This document shows positions 62,512-64,000 of a DNA stretch of 64,000 bases, piece by piece. A model generated the notes under the pieces. It saw only the letters and a list, made by a program, of their open reading frames with translations. It made no database searches and had not been told where the DNA came from. The DNA is from Vitrella brassicaformis CCMP3155. Its lineage: Eukaryota; Protista; Chromerida. Within the stretch, counting starts at the first letter, position 1, and each line of letters opens with the position of its first letter. A program made the translations under genes and the position numbers. The DNA lies in assembly GCA_001179505.1 (NCBI GenBank), contig CDMY01000271.1, positions 1 to 64,000 of the forward strand, given 5' to 3'.

Positions 62512-64000
62512 CTACTCTGGCCGAAAGTAATCGGTGATCCGCCGCTGCCGTGGTGGGACATGCACACCAACGGGGCGGATCTCAAGGCGATAGTCGAACT
62601 CTAGCTGCGACAGCTCAACCATCTCGTAACCTCTATTGCGCAGGAGGGCGTAAAACTGCCCCCTCTCCTCACCGTACGTCACCCAGACAGACTCGATGAC
62701 ATGGTCGAGTGGGGGCGGGTCAGCCCATGTGTGTGCCTGTCTCATCTCCCTCTCCTGCCTCGCACGCCGTCTCTCTCTCCAAACCGCCTCCCTGTCGAAC
62801 CTCTGCCTCTCTGCCGCCCACACATGACGGTTGGCTATCTCTTCCTCGATGAATGCGGTCATGTGTGCACGTGCAGCGTCTGAATCTGGGTGCATGCCGT
62901 CGCCTGCGTCCTCCATCTCATCATCAAGATCATCCGGATGATGACCAGAGGAGGATGCACACGACGGCATGGATGCGTCGCTGTCGCTCAGCTCAGTGGC
63001 ACACTCATCGTCAGTGTATATGTGGTCGAGCCGCTCTTCCACTCTGCACTCCAGCACAAGTGAAGGCAGACGGGGAAACGCATCGAGGGCAGACAGGCAG
63101 ACAGGCGCTAGCTCGTGCACGTAGGCCTGCTCTGCGTAGTGCTCCAACGGCACGTCAGCTACCCGCAGTGACACCTGGCTGATCCTGTCGACCACCCGGC
63201 CCTCTGTCTGCATCTCGTCTGCTCCTTCCTGGTCCCCCCTGCCCACACACAGTGACCACTCGTTGGCCTGTGACCTCCTCTCTCTCTGTGAGGAATGCGC
63301 TCGCAGATGGAGTGAGGGGCGCTCGCTGACACACTCACGCAGGCAAAGTGGCACGGCGCTAGGGAAGCGCATGTCGCCGTCAGACCTCTCTGGGAGGAAG
63401 GTGACGGTCTGCAGCTTCGGCAAGCGACTAAAGGCTACCTGCACCACCCCCTGGCCAATCATAATGGTGCCCCCTGCCCTCTGCGCCTGGCTCAGATCGA
63501 GACAAGTGACACGCGGGAAGAGAGAGCCGCGAAAAGACTCCAAGAGGGCGTCCGGCAGGGGAGACCAGCCCTCACGAGTCCTGTCTACACTCAGGCGTGT
63601 GACTCGCGGAAAAGTGAGACCAGACACGACAGTGGATAGGGTAAGGGCAGACGAGTAGGAGTAGGTGGGCGACGGGAAAGGGTCGAGGCCGCTCGGAATG
63701 GACGCTTCTGTCGCCAGAGAGGCCAGCAGCTTGACCGTGGTCGCCCGATCCCAGAGGTCGCTGGCGGAGAAATTGAACAGCTTTCTCATGGGGAATGAGA
63801 AGCTGCGGGTGGTTGTGTAGTCCTCGCGAGCGCCTGGGGCCAGCCAGTACTGCCGAATCGAATGCAACTCCTGCACCAAGAAGCAAGCGCACAGCCTGTC
63901 TTTGCCTTCGCAGTGCCGCCAAGAAGCAAGGCTCACTCACCTTAATACAGCAGAAGGTGACCTCCTTGATGTCTATCTCGGCCGTGAGCTCCTCCAGCTT
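62512..64000 (-). CDS. Partial (5' end beyond window) LRR-like repeat protein with acidic region and C-terminal PCNA-interacting (PIP) box
   Basis: A long exon (62512-~63873) carries repeated FPRVTRLSV / FPRVTCLDL / LPKLQTVTF / FPRLPSLVL segments and an acidic stretch, ending ...PPRQRRITDYFRPE*. An upstream exon (KLEELTAEIDIKEVTFCCIK|gtgag) runs off the window end. Confidence 0.6.

Overview
Intron-rich, GC-rich eukaryotic nuclear DNA. It is most consistent with a chromerid/apicomplexan-related alga such as Vitrella brassicaformis (inference: short GT-AG introns full of CAGA/CCAT/CA microsatellites, an apicomplexan-type cytochrome c-2, and a bipartite plastid-targeting leader on MiaA). I reconstructed about 16 spliced protein genes by hand: PRCC; a degenerate CK1-family kinase with a CCCH finger; an ExoX-C-like/RING-H2 ligase; an RBR E3 ligase; a Glu-rich polytopic membrane protein; a secreted AGE-family epimerase; a ~14.4 kb gene for a giant signal-peptide/GPI-anchored repeat protein; plastid MiaA; a TPR-SET protein; a Patched/NPC1-like transporter; cytochrome c-2; an HsdR-TFIIS fusion; a Ubl-CCCH-RING protein; a small hypothetical gene; PI4K-beta; and a partial LRR-like protein ending in a PIP box. 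The standout is 46977-51435 (-). There, a bacterial type I restriction enzyme HsdR-type SF2 translocase (no nuclease domain, no HsdM/HsdS in the window) is joined through 14 phase-compatible introns to a three-domain TFIIS-like module. The helicase carries an inserted PCNA PIP box and NLS-like motif, and the TFIIS zinc ribbon lacks the catalytic RSADEP hairpin. I recognised no RNA genes, CRISPR arrays or transposons. All gene models are manual and were not validated by search or RNA-seq.
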